A stretch of DNA of 64,000 nt from Eledone cirrhosa. Its lineage: Eukaryota. Location of the stretch: positions 186,001 to 250,000 of the forward strand of contig CAXHJY010001677.1 of NCBI GenBank assembly GCA_964016885.1. The letters are read 5' to 3'. Shown one piece after another: positions 39,022 to 53,348 of the stretch. Under the pieces are notes generated by a model. It was not told the origin of the DNA. It did not search any database and saw only the letters and a program-made list of their open reading frames with translations. The position numbers and the translations under genes are program-made. Within the stretch, counting starts at the first letter, position 1, and every line of letters starts with the position of its first letter.

Positions 39022-41045
39022 TGGACGGCTCTTTACTTTGGTAAGTTTTATAAGCCATATTTGTATGTCTCTGAGACAGCCAGTATGAATGCATTTGAAT
39101 GAGCATGCAAACAGCATAACTATGGTTTGACCGCAGCTGTAAGCAGGTGTGCAGGTGTGTCTAGACATTAACCGGCAATTGAGATCTTAAAAATGGAAAA
39201 AACCCACAGTCAACTGAGTCAAGGATACTTTGAGCGCAGCCAGTTAGAATCTTGTCTTTCCTTCACCAATAACAATGTATTTCATGTCTGATATTATTGA
39301 CTCAACCGTAACTAGTTAACACTATGTGGATCTATTTTATTCCCTATTGTATAAATAATATTACAAAAAAAAAAAAAGAAAAGAAAAAACACAGAGCGGG
39401 TAGCACACACATCTAGGACCACATACAACACATAATCAGTTAGTACACACATCTAGGACCACATACAGCACATAATCAGATAATACACACATAAGCAGGT
39501 AATACATACATCTAGGACCACATACAACACACAAGCAGGTAATACATACAGGTGGGACCACATGCAATACATAAGCAGGTAATACATACATCTAGGACTA
39601 CATACAACACACATTGTATCATGTACTACGGACGACACAAGAGCAATGGTCGGCCAACATAAAGGTTTCGTCAGTCTTCTGAAGAGAGAAAATCTATCTG
39701 TATTTTCTGTTCATTGTGTCATTCATCGACAACACTTGGCTGCGAAGAAACTCAGTGTGCCGCTGAGTATGTCCTTGCAGGTGGCCATTGATGTCATCAA
39801 TTTTATCAAACGCCATTCCCTCAATAAACGAACTTTTCGGCATCTGTGCCAAGATAATCACAAAGAATTCGTCAAGTTGCTCCTTCATACTGAAATGAGG
39901 TGGCTTTCAAAGAGCAAGTGCCTTATTCATTTCTTTAAACTGTTCGACTCTATCATTGAGTTTCTTCGAGGACGTAACACAGAACTGTACAAGAAAACCC
40001 TCGATGTGAGGCAAGACTGCGCCTACCACGCTAACATCTTTGACAAATGCAATAGCGTCATTATGGCCTTTTCAGGGAAAGAAAATCACTTTGCTTAAAG
40101 CTGTACAAGGAATGCTGTAAAAACATTCCTGGCCAAATTGAATGTCATCGAAAGGAATCTTTGTTGATGGGAATTCTATAATTTTCCTAGTGTCGCCAAT
40201 GTTCAAAACATTGTAAGCGATGACCAACTCCAAATTTATACCGCTCACCTCCGTGCACTACAAGACAACACGGTTTGTTGACTTTTTTACTGATGGACAT
40301 CCCAATGTGGATAGCAGATCCCTTCATAGCTACCGTCAACGATTTGGACGTTAAATTTCAGGAATAATTCATTGAACTTCAAGCAGATGACATGATCAAA
40401 ATTAGATTTCCCTAAATAGGTGAACCCCTTTTTTTGGATGCAAAAGGAAATTCAGCGTCGATTTCCACTCCTACAAGCAGAGGCTAAGAGATTTGCTCTG
40501 CCTTTTCCAAGCTCATACTTAGTTGACAGGAGGTTTGGTGCTATTTCCAGACTGCACAGTAAGTCTTGCAACCAATACAATGTAATTACACGTGGAGATC
40601 ACTGGCTACATCTTACGAAAATTCAGCCTCACGACAAAAAGTTAGCTAGTGGAGATCGCTGGGTACATCTTACGAAAATTCAGCCTCACGTCAAAGAGTT
40701 AGCTAGACTCTATGAAGCTCAAGGGTTCCATTGAAATGAGGTCAAAGTTAAAGTAAGTTGATTTATCCGAAAAACTTGGATATGCTATTGTTACAAAGCA
40801 AACTAACAATTTTTTTTATTTGTAGTTTCAGTCTGACTGGACTGGAAACCATCTACTACAATTCAGTTACTCATCTTGTTGTATATATTTTACCATTTAC
40901 TAAAAAAATATACCCTCTTATATAGTCATGAAAACCATCTTCCATGGTCTCTAAGCTCACAAAGCGGAGGGGACATCAAGTTAGATATCAACATTTATTC
41001 TGTCTGTTTTCAATAAAGGGAAAATTGGAAAGGTTTGAAATGATA
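38929..41045 (+). mobile_element. hAT (Charlie/Buster-like) DNA transposon remnant
   Basis: Left end CAAAGGTTCTCAACGGGGGG; transposase pieces VHCVIHRQHLAAK, LLLHTEMRWLSK, FPSSYLV, LTKIQP..QGFH; right end approximate. Confidence 0.85.
39400..39612. repeat. ~40-bp minisatellite (about 5 units; CATCTAGGACCACATACAACAC core)
   Basis: Direct reading; lies between the hAT left end and the remaining transposase. Confidence 0.85.
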
Positions 41046-41164
41046 TAATTGCCACTTTCTTCTAGATAAGACCACTCTTTGGATAGACAGAGTTGCTTTT
41101 GTATAAAATATTCAAAATAGCTGGTATCGCCTGGTGGGAATATAACAAATTCAACTGGTCCTTC

Positions 41165-41435
41165 AGCAGCACCGTTTTACGTCCGTTCTTCCACGCTAGC
41201 ATGGGTTAGACGGGTTGTGCTGTTCTGGGGCAGAGTCCGGTTGGCTGACATTGTCTTGCTCATACAGGAACTTATTCTGGCTTGATTTCTACAGCTGGAT
41301 GCCCTTCATAACACCAACCTCATTTACAGTGAGTGCTGGGTGCTTTTTTTCCGTGGTGCCTCACGTCCACTTTTTACAGTGTGGGCTGGGTGCTTTTTTT
41401 GCCGTGGCACCTCCACGACCACTTTGCAGTGGAAT
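41165..41435 (-). mobile_element. family C SINE/LINE-tail repeat
   Basis: Reverse complement of 23480-23740. Confidence 0.75.
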
Positions 41436-42859
41436 GATAGGGATCCCAGTTCTATCATCTCATTTATACAGCTGAGTAAACTGAGTACAGCAATGTGACA
41501 TAAAAGTGGTTTTGCTCAAGGAAATAACACATCACCAGGTCCGAGAATTGAACTCACAAACATTTCGATTGCAAGCCCAATGCTCTAACCACTAAGTCGA
41601 ATTATTAATGTAATTTTATGTGTGTATTAGTGTATAGCTTTCCGTTGTGCTATATGGATTGAGAAAAGACAACACCAAAAATGAAGTGTTTAATAAACAG
41701 AATCTCATCATTTTCGAAGACAATAGAGTTGTTTCCCTTTACCCTCGTTACATTAAGGGAACCACAGGTGCAGTCAAAGATCGTAACTCTTTTGCTGTCT
41801 AATTGCATGCTCTACAAGTATACACATTTTGTGAGATTAGTTGAGTTTATGCGGTTATTAGTCTGTGAATGTGTTTATGCTTTTGTATGCATACTCTTGT
41901 ATGACTGTGTATGTCCGTGTGTGGTAAAACACAGGGCTTGGAATCGACGCATGCAAGAGATAATCATGTTTGGCAGTCAAAGCTGGCTTACTTCCGACTG
42001 TGGCCAGAGGAAGAGTGGGTGGGATAGATGTGTGTGTCGCACTAAGAACGGAAATGGTGTAGGGTGAAGGTGTGGTGATGCAGAATGAACATGAAATGTG
42101 TTACGAGTGTCACTCTGAGGGCGACATTTTGTGCCTATTTGTGATGGTAGTGGTAGTGAGTGTATTGTGACTTATATGAAAAGAAGTGTAGTTAAGTATA
42201 ATGCTTAAGTTGATCTTGTTAGAATGATTAGTTAGTTAATTAGTAGTGTTAAGAAAATTAAATGCGATGTACCAGTCAGTGGTCGCGTTGGTGTCTACGT
42301 CCGCCGAGATGACCCAGGAATGTATGAGTTGCAATCTCTACAATCTCTTCACCTCAAACATATGCCCTCCTATATCTCACATGCGGCATATTCATGGTGA
42401 AAGTCAATCGACGCCCTCCATTACATTAAAAAATATCTGTAAATCCACAATTCCTAACACAATATCCAAAATCATTATGATACGTGCATGTAAACGTTTC
42501 AGACCTGGTATTTAAGCAGTCATCGATGATAACGTAGGATATGTTGAATAGATGCGTTGAAAGAATCTCAGGATTATTCATGCAATTCTTTTCTCAAATA
42601 TAGCTTTGTCTGTAACTAATACATCTTTTAAACTTATGTATCTTTTAAAAAGATTCATACAAAGAACTAAACAACACTGTATATATTGCCAGATGGAATG
42701 ATGAAACTGAGACATCAAAGTCACTGTCACTTATTTATTTATAAAATATATTTTTACACTCTACCCATTCAGTTAATGTTTAATGTTTCAAATACTAGAG
42801 TATTTTAAACACATATTCTAATAGAGATGTGTGAGCCTGTGTATTTTAGAAACATATAT

Positions 42860-43100
42860 ATTCATATGTGTATATGTGTGTATATACACACACACACACA
42901 CATATATAGTAAATATACATACATATATATTATATAATATATATATATAATATATTATATATTATACATATAGCTGCACATACACACACAATCATTTGCC
43001 TGAATATATACTAATATATATATATATATTAGTATATATTCAGGCAAATGATCATGTGTGTACGTGTAGATATATGTATTTTATATGTGTGTATGTATAC

Positions 43101-43135
<35 letters not shown>

Positions 43136-43185
43136 TGGGTATTGTATGTATGTATGTATATTATATGTAGATATATGTATTTATA

Positions 43186-43224
<39 letters not shown>

Positions 43225-43375
43225 CTATATATGATAGATATATGTACTGTTATATATATGAAGATATATGTATGTATGTAGTATATATATGTATGTATAT
43301 GTATGTATGTATATATATGTAGATATATGTATGTACGTAATATATGTAGATATATATATATGTAGATATATATAT

Positions 43376-43415
<40 letters not shown>

Positions 43416-43835
43416 ATATGTATATATATGTATGTATGTAGTTATATGTATGTATGCATATATATGTAGATATATATTATATATGTATATATATATATAT
43501 ATATGTATATATATTATATGTATATATTATATATATGTATATACTATATATATACTATATATATATGTATATATAAATATATGTATATATGTATATATGT
43601 ATATATATATGTATATATATATGTATATATATATATGTATATATATATGTATATATGTATATATATATGTATATATATATATGTATATATATATATGTAT
43701 ATATATATATGTATATATATATATGTATATATATATATATACTAATATATATATATATATATACTAATATACTAATATATATATATATACTAATATATAT
43801 ATATATACTAATATATATATATATATATATATATA

Positions 43836-43894
<59 letters not shown>

Positions 43895-43937
43895 GTACAT
43901 ATATATATATGTATATATACATATGTATATATATATG

Positions 43938-43970
<33 letters not shown>

Positions 43971-43993
43971 GTATATATATGTATATATATATG

Positions 43994-44024
<31 letters not shown>

Positions 44025-44059
44025 GTATATATATATGTATATATATGTATATATATATG

Positions 44060-44090
<31 letters not shown>

Positions 44091-44097
44091 GTATATT

Positions 44098-44128
<31 letters not shown>

Positions 44129-44191
44129 GTATATTTATATATATGTATATATATGTATATATATTTATATAAATATATATATATATATACT

Positions 44192-44231
<40 letters not shown>

Positions 44232-44301
44232 CTAATATATATATATGTATATATATATATATACTAATATATATATATGTATATATATATATATACTACT
44301 A

Positions 44302-44336
<35 letters not shown>

Positions 44337-44358
44337 CTAATATATATATATATATTAG

Positions 44359-44405
<47 letters not shown>

Positions 44406-44475
44406 ATATATTAGTATATACATATATATATATATTTATATATGTATATATATATTTATATATATATATATGTAT
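42860..44475. repeat. long degenerate (TA)n/(TATG)n microsatellite
   Basis: Direct reading; source of the YI-repeat pseudo-ORFs. Confidence 0.95.
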
Positions 44476-45140
44476 GTAAGTGTTGTTATTTATGGTTATG
44501 GCATTTATAATTACTGACTGAATAATCCTCACTGATTGTGTGAACTTTGTGTGCAATGTACATTACACTGCTTGCCTGATGATAACAACTTTAAAATACG
44601 TGTCTACAACACTTCACATTTTCAATGATCAGTGCTAGTTGTGAAATCAATTATTTTTAGAGGTGAAGCTACTACCAGCATAGTCTACAATTTTATCAAG
44701 ATTGAAGATTTTCAGTAACTACTGTCTTTGATAACAACCAAAAGATCCTACCCCACCTCTCTCTAAATTCACGTATCTCTCTATCTATCTATATTTTTAT
44801 CTATTATTTCGCTGGATTCAGTAATTAGGTAGTGGCCTTGCTGGAATACCACTTTCAGTTGACTATATGAAGCACAGCACATATCTTATCAATTCTGATG
44901 ATTATTTTATCAATCCCTTTTTGTTGAATTTCTAATTAGGGGAAATAAACATAAAAACATATGTAAAAACAGATAGATAAACAGACGTACACATACCATA
45001 TTTATAACACATTTGAGCATAGGCATTCTCAATCAGCACTGATCTGCAACTAAACCCCAAGACGAATTTGGGCATATATATATATCATCATGATTTGCTA
45101 GATTTGATAAAATGAGTACGAGGGTCAATATATAGACTTA

Positions 45141-45308
45141 ACGTATTTCCCGGCGTAGAAGACGTTACTTTTTCCCTAAAATAAGTCCCAAAAATCTACC
45201 ATGCATCCTCGAGGCTGAAGTTTGTTTATTATTTTTTTTCAAATTTTTGGTTGTCAAAATTAGGGTGCGTCCTCGAGGACAAATCGTCTTCGGCGCCAGG
45301 AATTACGG
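45141..45308. mobile_element. 168-bp TA-flanked MITE (pogo/Tc2-like TIRs)
   Basis: TA-ACGTATTTCCCGGCGTAGAAGACG ... CGTCTTCGGCGCCAGGAATTACGG-TA. Confidence 0.8.
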
Positions 45309-46619
45309 TAAGTCATTTGATACTGAGATAGTGTATTTCCTTAGAAATTGGTCACAAAAAGGTTAAGTCCTGTTTTTAAATGATTTGAAATATATAACCA
45401 TGATAATTGGAATATGGTATGGTAGACAGAGCTCTTTCGTCTTACCAAGGATGTTACAAGCTCTCCAGTACTAATGTCATGATAAAATGCACGTAAAACA
45501 CAATGCAAAATGTTGCTGGTGTTAGGAAATGCTCTGAGCTGTAGGAAACAAGAATTGGGACATATGAGTGGGATGCGATTTCTCTGACCGGTATAAGAAT
45601 ACTAGTACCACATTACATCCCAAAAAGTACATCCCAAAAAGTGGTTTTGAGATAGTAAAGGCTTCAAACTTTAGAAACCATGCCAAAATCTAGGTACAAG
45701 TGAGATGTGGTCTCAGACCCATTTAGGAGGGTACTAATTCCGTACAAGAAATTACTTAAACAGTAATAACCAATTGCCTGTATAGAAAGCAGATGTAAAA
45801 TGATGGTGATGGAAAAAATTCATTGAGTACATAGAAACTCCTTTGCTAGCATATGTGAAAGCTCCAATGGCAATGATATTTAAATGTATATTTCTAAATA
45901 TTTTTGTGTAATAAGTTTTACTAAAAGCAGCTTTCTAAGGAACAGGCTAAACATAGCTTTAAAAATTAGATTTGTGTTCATAAAATTATATGCATTATAA
46001 CCATCCTACATTCTTATAAAGAACTTCTATGTCATCTCTCCATACATTTGTATGAATGAATCCAAATTACAGGCTTGGTGTATATTTGTAGTATTCTTAG
46101 GGCTATTGTAATATCATTGAGAAGAGACATAGACATAGCTTGTTAAAATACTCAAAATGTAGTTGGTGTATTTCTTCTCGTTCTTGTTTTTCTTCTTTTC
46201 TCCTCCTCTCCTTCATCCCTCCTCATCTCCTTCCTACTCATCTTTCTCTCTACCTTCACAAGATAGCAACAGTCAAAACAAAAAAGAAAGATAAGTATAA
46301 CTATTATCATGATATCATCACCACCATTATTATTGTTGTTGTTGTTATTATTAGCATGGGAAAAAAGGACATAAAAGGATGATTTGTGACATTGTGAATC
46401 CTGGCATGGCTTGTATGTTTTTGTTGATAATCTTTTTTATCATACTTACTGTTCCAATTATTAGTGGCTCTCTTTTCACCTTCATGCTTGATGTTGTTTA
46501 CTTGCATTTCAACATCCTTGTAATATAACCTTTTCTATTTCTATTTTTTGGGGTGTATGTGTGTGTGTGTGGGGGGGAGCATTTTGGTCAGAAGAGATTG
46601 TGGTGTCTATCATTGTGGT

Positions 46620-46800
46620 GCATGTATTTTTGTTAGCGTCTATATCTCAACAGTTTGCCTTGATCTCCTTGTCAGGTTGGATGGCTATATTGCTGGTGAT
46701 TGTGATATAATCATTGTCATATACAGTGTTTCTGTTTTGGTTATATCACTTGTCCATTTTCACATCAAGGTTTGGTATAATGTTCAGTGCATATAGCTGA
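46620..46800 (-). mobile_element. very decayed R4/Dong-like LINE endonuclease fragment
   Basis: Minus frame NIAIQPDKEIKANC*DI resembles the DMPIHIDRDIKGNWPDI region of ORF 59367..59666. Confidence 0.4.
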
Positions 46801-48734
46801 CAACTTAGTTGTATCTATGTATATTTCCTACATACATTGATATCCAAGACTGCATTACCACAATCTTGACCAGTCATTCTTACAAACACTACTGCATGGT
46901 AGTGAGACATGGGTAATGAATGCAGAGGCTGGAGAGGAATAAGGCAAGCATGCTTCGATGGATGTGCAATGTTAACATGTGAGAATGACAAATAATGGAT
47001 GAACTGAGGGAGAAACTGGGTATAAGAGAAATCAGAAGTAGGGTGTAGGAGAGGTGACAACTTTGGTATGGACATGTGATGTGAATAGAAAAATAAGAAG
47101 GAATATTTGGTAAATAGGCAGCATCCTACCTTTTGCTTTATCCTTTTTTAAAGCTTATTTTACCTACAGTTGGCTTTCTCTATGTAATTTGTTTAATTTT
47201 ATTTTATTTACTTATCTTTGTATATCTTGTTTTTTGTTTCTCAACTGTAAGAAGTACTAGGTATTTCCCCTAGCTTGTCACAGCTTATTAGCTCTATATA
47301 GATATTTAAATTTATTAAATAAATAAATTGGTTGTCGGCCTCAGATAGGTGCATTACAGAACCAATTTTATATAAATCTGTATAATTGAATTAAATATAT
47401 AATAATTTCCTGTGATCCATAAACAAATCACTAAATATCTTTGCTGCATAGCAGTGTTGTAGACAATACCAGGTTAGTAATTGTTTAGTTTGATCAAAGC
47501 AAGTAGTATCAAAAGTTCATTCATTACCTTACTAAACAGTAACTTGAAGTTAGAGTACTCTTGGATCTCGAATAATGGTTGCCCCATGTTTATAAATTGT
47601 TTAGATATTTTCCACCCCCACCCCCCTCGTGCTCCCATTCCACCTCCCTTATTAAATCTTGCTAATCTATCTTCAGCAAAATTTTATTTTAAGTGATAGC
47701 ATTCCTGTGACAATTAATTTTCTTTAGACATTAAAAGACGAAAGAGAATTTTACTAGAAATCCCTTACATTATAAAATAAATAGGATGAGGTGGAGTCTC
47801 AATATGTAAACTAAATTACTAATTTTTTTTTTAAATCAAGGCAGACAACCTAGAAACATTACAGATTCCAACCCCCACCTATTATTTGGGACCCAAGAGT
47901 ATTTCATTTGGGAGAATGGGGGTACACATTGTAGGAATGTCATAGGGCATTAAACATCCATGGACTTGCTCTGGATAAACAAGAAACAAAGTAGAACAGA
48001 CAGAAAATATGTATTGAAAGTAATGACAATACAAAAGATTTGTTGTTCTTTAAATCTCAATTGAAGTTGTAAAGAGTTACAAAATAAAATTTGGGTGCAA
48101 CAAGATGTTGTAATTGACTGCAGTTGATTTCAACAATAAGTATTCCAGTTGTTCAAATAACAGAAGATCCTTCTGGCACTGTTTTCAAGTATTTAGAGAA
48201 TCATATCAACCTCAGTACTTATTTCAATCTGGTACTTACTTTATCAGTTTCTGTTTGCTTGAGTGATGTGTGATAGGGCATAAAGGGACACTACATAAAC
48301 TCAACACAGTCAATTGAAAATTGAAACGTCGTCCATCAATTTTGATATTTAGTGTTCCATTATTCTGATCATGAAATTAATAAGCAAGTTGCTGAGTACT
48401 CTGCAGGCATATGTACCTTTAATGTAATCCCAGAAAGATTCAGCATGGTGCAGTGTAACAAAATTGGCCCTTTGAATTACATGCACAGGCCATCTGACAA
48501 TTGTTGAAATAATAATAATGAAAATTATTGTGTACATTTCCCAGGTGGACTACAACTAATCAAAGGTGCATGTATAGTACATAGAATAATGTACAAATGT
48601 CAGGAAAGTGAATAGTGCATATTTCAGGATATACACACAGATACATGTGCATATGTGTATGGAGGGGGAATAGCAGGTGTAGTGTTGGTGAATATCTTAG
48701 TTTGTTTAAAATCTAAAAACAATGAAAGAGAGAC

Positions 48735-49076
48735 TCAGACTCAGAAGCTCCCGCGTCTTGCGACGCATGAGGCAATCATAGTGTTCCATCGCGTTCGGTC
48801 AGCAGCCAGTTGCACAGCATCCCGCCATTGTTTGTTTGTCGCTTGCAGGTCCCTCTCAACTGTCTGGCGCCAGTTCATATTGGGTCGCCTTCTCCGTCTG
48901 CTTCCCTGCGGGCTCCATTTAAGTACTTGGTTCGCCAGTCTCTCTGGGGGAAGTCTCAAAGCGTGTCCAAACCAGCCCAGGTATTGCTTGCAGATGGTAG
49001 AAGAGACTAGCTGCTGGTTGGTGCGGTTCCTGACTTCCTGGTTTGTTACATGGTCACTCCATTTAATCCCCTGCAA
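48735..49076 (-). mobile_element. 5'-truncated RTE LINE with 14-bp TSD
   Basis: IKWSDHVTNQEV..GWFGHALR..W.PQGSRRRRRP..W; short (CTGAGT) tail; TSD AATGAAAGAGAGAC at 48721-48734 and 49077-49090. Confidence 0.9.
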
Positions 49077-50604
49077 AATGAAAGAGAGACAACGTCAATA
49101 ATATCAGCTGATTGAAATTTTTGAAAATTATACCAAGTGCATTGTGGGAATGGATCTTGCCTTTAACCATCATATTTTTACTGGAAGATACTGTATTTTA
49201 TTTCCAAATAATTTTGTAAATCAGAATTCGGAGGTGTTTATTAATATGAATAACATTCTCATTATTTAGCTGATGTTTAGATTATAATTTAACAAAGTTT
49301 TCTTACATAGAATTATGATGGAATATTTTTAAGTAGATGCAAGCAGGAAAATAGACATTAAAAGGTGGTGATGGTGGTGGTGGTGATACTTTAAAATATA
49401 CAGTTTGGTACTAAAAGGACTAAAGTTAATTATTGAAAGCAACAGATACACTTTTATCCTATTGTTGAATTTAGATGAGCAAATACAGGAAATGTATAGA
49501 AATGGTATAAATATACTTTATTCTCATGATACTCTTCACTAAATACTGAAAACTAATCAAAGCTATTTGCTGCCTATGTTGTAGTTTAACCCTAGGTCAG
49601 CTTTGATTGAGCAGTTCTTTAATCAAAATGTTTACGGCTGTGAACATTGTCATTTTGTTTAGCAAGAACTACATAGCCTAATGCACTCATTTTTAAAGAA
49701 AAGAGGGAGTGACCTATGGAAAATTTGGTTGCTATTTCTGACAGATCAAGTACATTTGCAGAGACATTTTGTTTGCTTGTAATGCTCCCTGTTTTATTAG
49801 TCCATAGATTATTCCAGTTCTATGTGTGACCAACCAGCTATTGCAGACTGTTTATTTCAGGCTATATTAGTCTTCAAAAACTATATAAAACAGGAAGGAC
49901 GAACTGGATAATGTAGCCTGAAATAAACAGATTTTGCTGCTATTTCTAGATGGCATGTTGAGTATGGAGCCTTATTCTCATTATATGGAGCCTTATCCTC
50001 CTACCCTTTAGTGACTATATTTCCAATGAAATATATTGTATCTCAATTAAGTAAGGAATAATTTTGAAGGATTTACTAAAATGATTAATCAGAATAAAAT
50101 AACATGGTTCTTATATAAAATTATGTTGAACGATTTTAATTTAAATAGGAAATCTTTAAAGTAGCTTTGTTTGTTTTTTAGAACCAGAACTTGATTTGGC
50201 CAGGTTGCTATCAAAAGAGTTGTAGTAGGTATTTTTGAATAGGATGGTCACAAAAATGCAGAGATGTTTGTGGGGTAAATGCTCTCTCTCATACTAAAAT
50301 AAAATGTTGGATTAACTTTTCCTAAGATCATCAGTTTTGATGCTGAATGTTTCAGTTGTTCAATCAACATAGCATCCTGTTCCTGAAAATGAATGTGCAT
50401 AACTCACTGTGTAACAAGGTTGTTCCTTTGAGATTTACAGACAGTTTTTACCTAGTTTTACTCACACAGCATGGATCAACTTGAGGCTATGGTAAATAAT
50501 ATTTGCACAAGATAACATGTAGTATGATCAAACCCAAGATCTAATGATTGAAAATAAACTCCTTGACCATTTATCTATGCCATGTATTTAGACTACTGTT
50601 TTCA

Positions 50605-50965
50605 TCATCATTGCTGTTTAATGTCCCTTTTTTCATGCTAGCATGAGTTAGATGAGTTATCCTCTTGTGAGCAATGCTAGGTCAGGTGAACATGTCATGC
50701 TCATACATAACCAATTTTGGCTTGGTTTCTACAGCTGGATGCCCTTCCTAGTGCCAACCTCATTTACAGTAAATACTGGGTGCTTTTTGTTGTGACAGCT
50801 ATGCAACCACTTTACAGTGTGCACTGGGTGCTTTTTGTGTGACACCTACAATAAGACTTTGCAGTGTAGGCTGGGTGCTCTTTGCCATGTCACCATCATG
50901 ACCACTTTACAGTGTGGGCTGGGCTATTTTTGGTGTTGCCATCAAGACCACTTTACAGTATGGGT
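50605..50965 (-). mobile_element. family C repeat with expanded internal ~40-bp subrepeats
   Basis: CATCATCAT tail, GCTGGATGCCCTTCCTA, and about 5 units of ACCACTTTACAGTGTGGGCTGGGTGCTTTT. Confidence 0.7.
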
Positions 50966-53301
50966 TGGAGGTTTCACTAGATGTATGCTTCAGCTTGTCC
51001 TCATGGAAGGTGTATGGAAGTGGGTGAGATGGTGCATATTATTATAAAAACAATGCTTTGGCTGATATAGCTTCTGGAAGGATATTGTAATTATAACATC
51101 CACCATTACAAACTGATTTATTCATACTAGTAAACCTCTCAGATCACTATATTCCATGAAAGAGATGACAAAGGAATGCAACAAGTGGAGAAAAGCTGTA
51201 CTGAGAATGACATATCCAAGCCATGCACTCATGAAACAATGGATATAAAATGATAATGATGATGGCGGCTTCTGCAGTCTCTAGCTACCAAATTCCACTT
51301 ACAAGTCAGTTGTCAACCCAAGACTACAGTAGAAGAGTCTTGCATGCACAAGGTGCTGTGCAGCAGGACTGAACCACAAACCATGCAGTTGTAAGTCTTA
51401 TTCATACTGGTATATTATGAATGCAGGGTTCCTATGTGAGCAGAACAAACTAAAGAACATGTAGGAAAGACGTAAAAATATTAATAAATAACACTAATCT
51501 TCATAATTAATTTTCATCGTATTTCCATGCTGAGCATGATGTGAACACATCCAAGACAAAACAAGGTTAGATAATTACATTTTACTTGTGTTCCATATTT
51601 TGACTTGGAGTGTACAGCTGTTTGTACTTCCTAATGCCAACCACTTTACTCAAGGTATTGGGGGTATTTAATTGTAATAATTATTTCTACCATATGTACA
51701 CTACCACAAATTTGTAGAGGAAGGCCACAGTCAACTAAATTCACCTCAGTCAGTGTGTGTGTCATACTTATTTTATCTACCCTGGAGGGAGGAAATGTAA
51801 AATTGGGTGGAAGTTGCACTTAAAGACTTAATAATACACAATAATGTAAAACCTTCATTCTGGCATTCTGCCATTCTGTTCATTTAGTATATTGACATCA
51901 TCATTGTTGACGTTGCATCACCATCATCACTGTCAATGTTATGTCTATTTTCCATGATGCTATGGGTTGGATAAAGCATTTTGTAACTGAATTCTCTCAA
52001 CCCTCTCTTGATATTTCAAGTAAGTTATAAATCTTTACATTTCTAACTGCTGGGCTGCCAATCCTCTATTTAGGGCATACACAAATATCCCTACCTACAT
52101 TCACAGTATCAGATACTGAAAAAAGTGAAGAGACAAGCAACACACGCTTACACCCACACACACAATAATCTGTGTACATTTTCTGCCTCTTAAATTTCCC
52201 CACAAGTGACAAGTCTGCCTGACGCAATAAATTACATATTCATAAGGTTCAGTGTGATGGGATAGAACCCAAAACCAGGCGGTTTCAAAGTAATCTGTTT
52301 TACCATGTAGCCTTGCTTGCAGCTATTAAATACAATGAGTATGTTTATAATAATAAGGATTTCTAGCTTTGGCACAAGGCCACTCGTTTTTAGAATGGAT
52401 ACAGTTGATTAAGTCAACCTCGCTGAGACTTATTTTAACGCAGGTAGAATGAGAAGCCACTTCAATACCAGACAGGGTTTGAATTCGAATTATAAATAGA
52501 CATATCAAAACACCACAGAGCTTTAGCGATTCTGCCAGAATATCCATGTTAATATTGACAATTGAGGGTCTTGTATTATAAAACCTCATCCTTTTGCTTT
52601 TATTTCATGAGAGATTTTAATCAATATTTTTCTTTGGTGAACTTCAAGTGCACTAACTTTTTGTACATAAGACACTTGAGAATTATTGAAGAATATTGCA
52701 CTTAAAGGTCATGTAGAGAATAGAAAGATGGAAGGTGTAGTTATTATTTATGTGGTATGCCTTTATGCTCCCTAACTTAACAGTTTGACATATACAGATA
52801 AATAAAACAATCGGTAAATGGTATTTCAGTTGATATGATTGGCTAAAAACTTGAAGGTAGTGCTCTAGAGTGGCCACAGTGCTATGACTGAATCTATTAA
52901 AAGGAGAAAACGTCTATAACAATACACTTATTGGTAATTATAAAACGAAATAAACATATAAACATGTGGTTTTCAATTAATAAGTGGACTGAAAAGATCA
53001 GGGAAAGAAAATAAGAGTGTAAGAAAAAGAGAGAGTGTGTATAAAATGTCATCACATTGAACAAATGCAAATGCTTTTTTATGGTCTGAAAAGGGTGGAT
53101 TGGTTTGACAAATGTAATCTTAGTTTTTCGAATATAAATAATAATATTCAATTTGTTTGCAAACAACGTCTTTAAAGTCATGTCAGTAGAATCACCCCCA
53201 TCATTCTTGCTCTTGTGTTGGCATTACTAACTTCTCTCTCCAAACTCCCTATAGCTCAATCTTCTTACCCTGAACTGCATACACTTAAAAAATACACAAA
53301 C

Positions 53302-53348
<47 letters not shown>

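Noticed and set aside
42996-44302. Long Tyr/Ile-rich ORFs (also 25862-26734, 30345-30543)
   Set aside because: Translations of (TA)n microsatellites.
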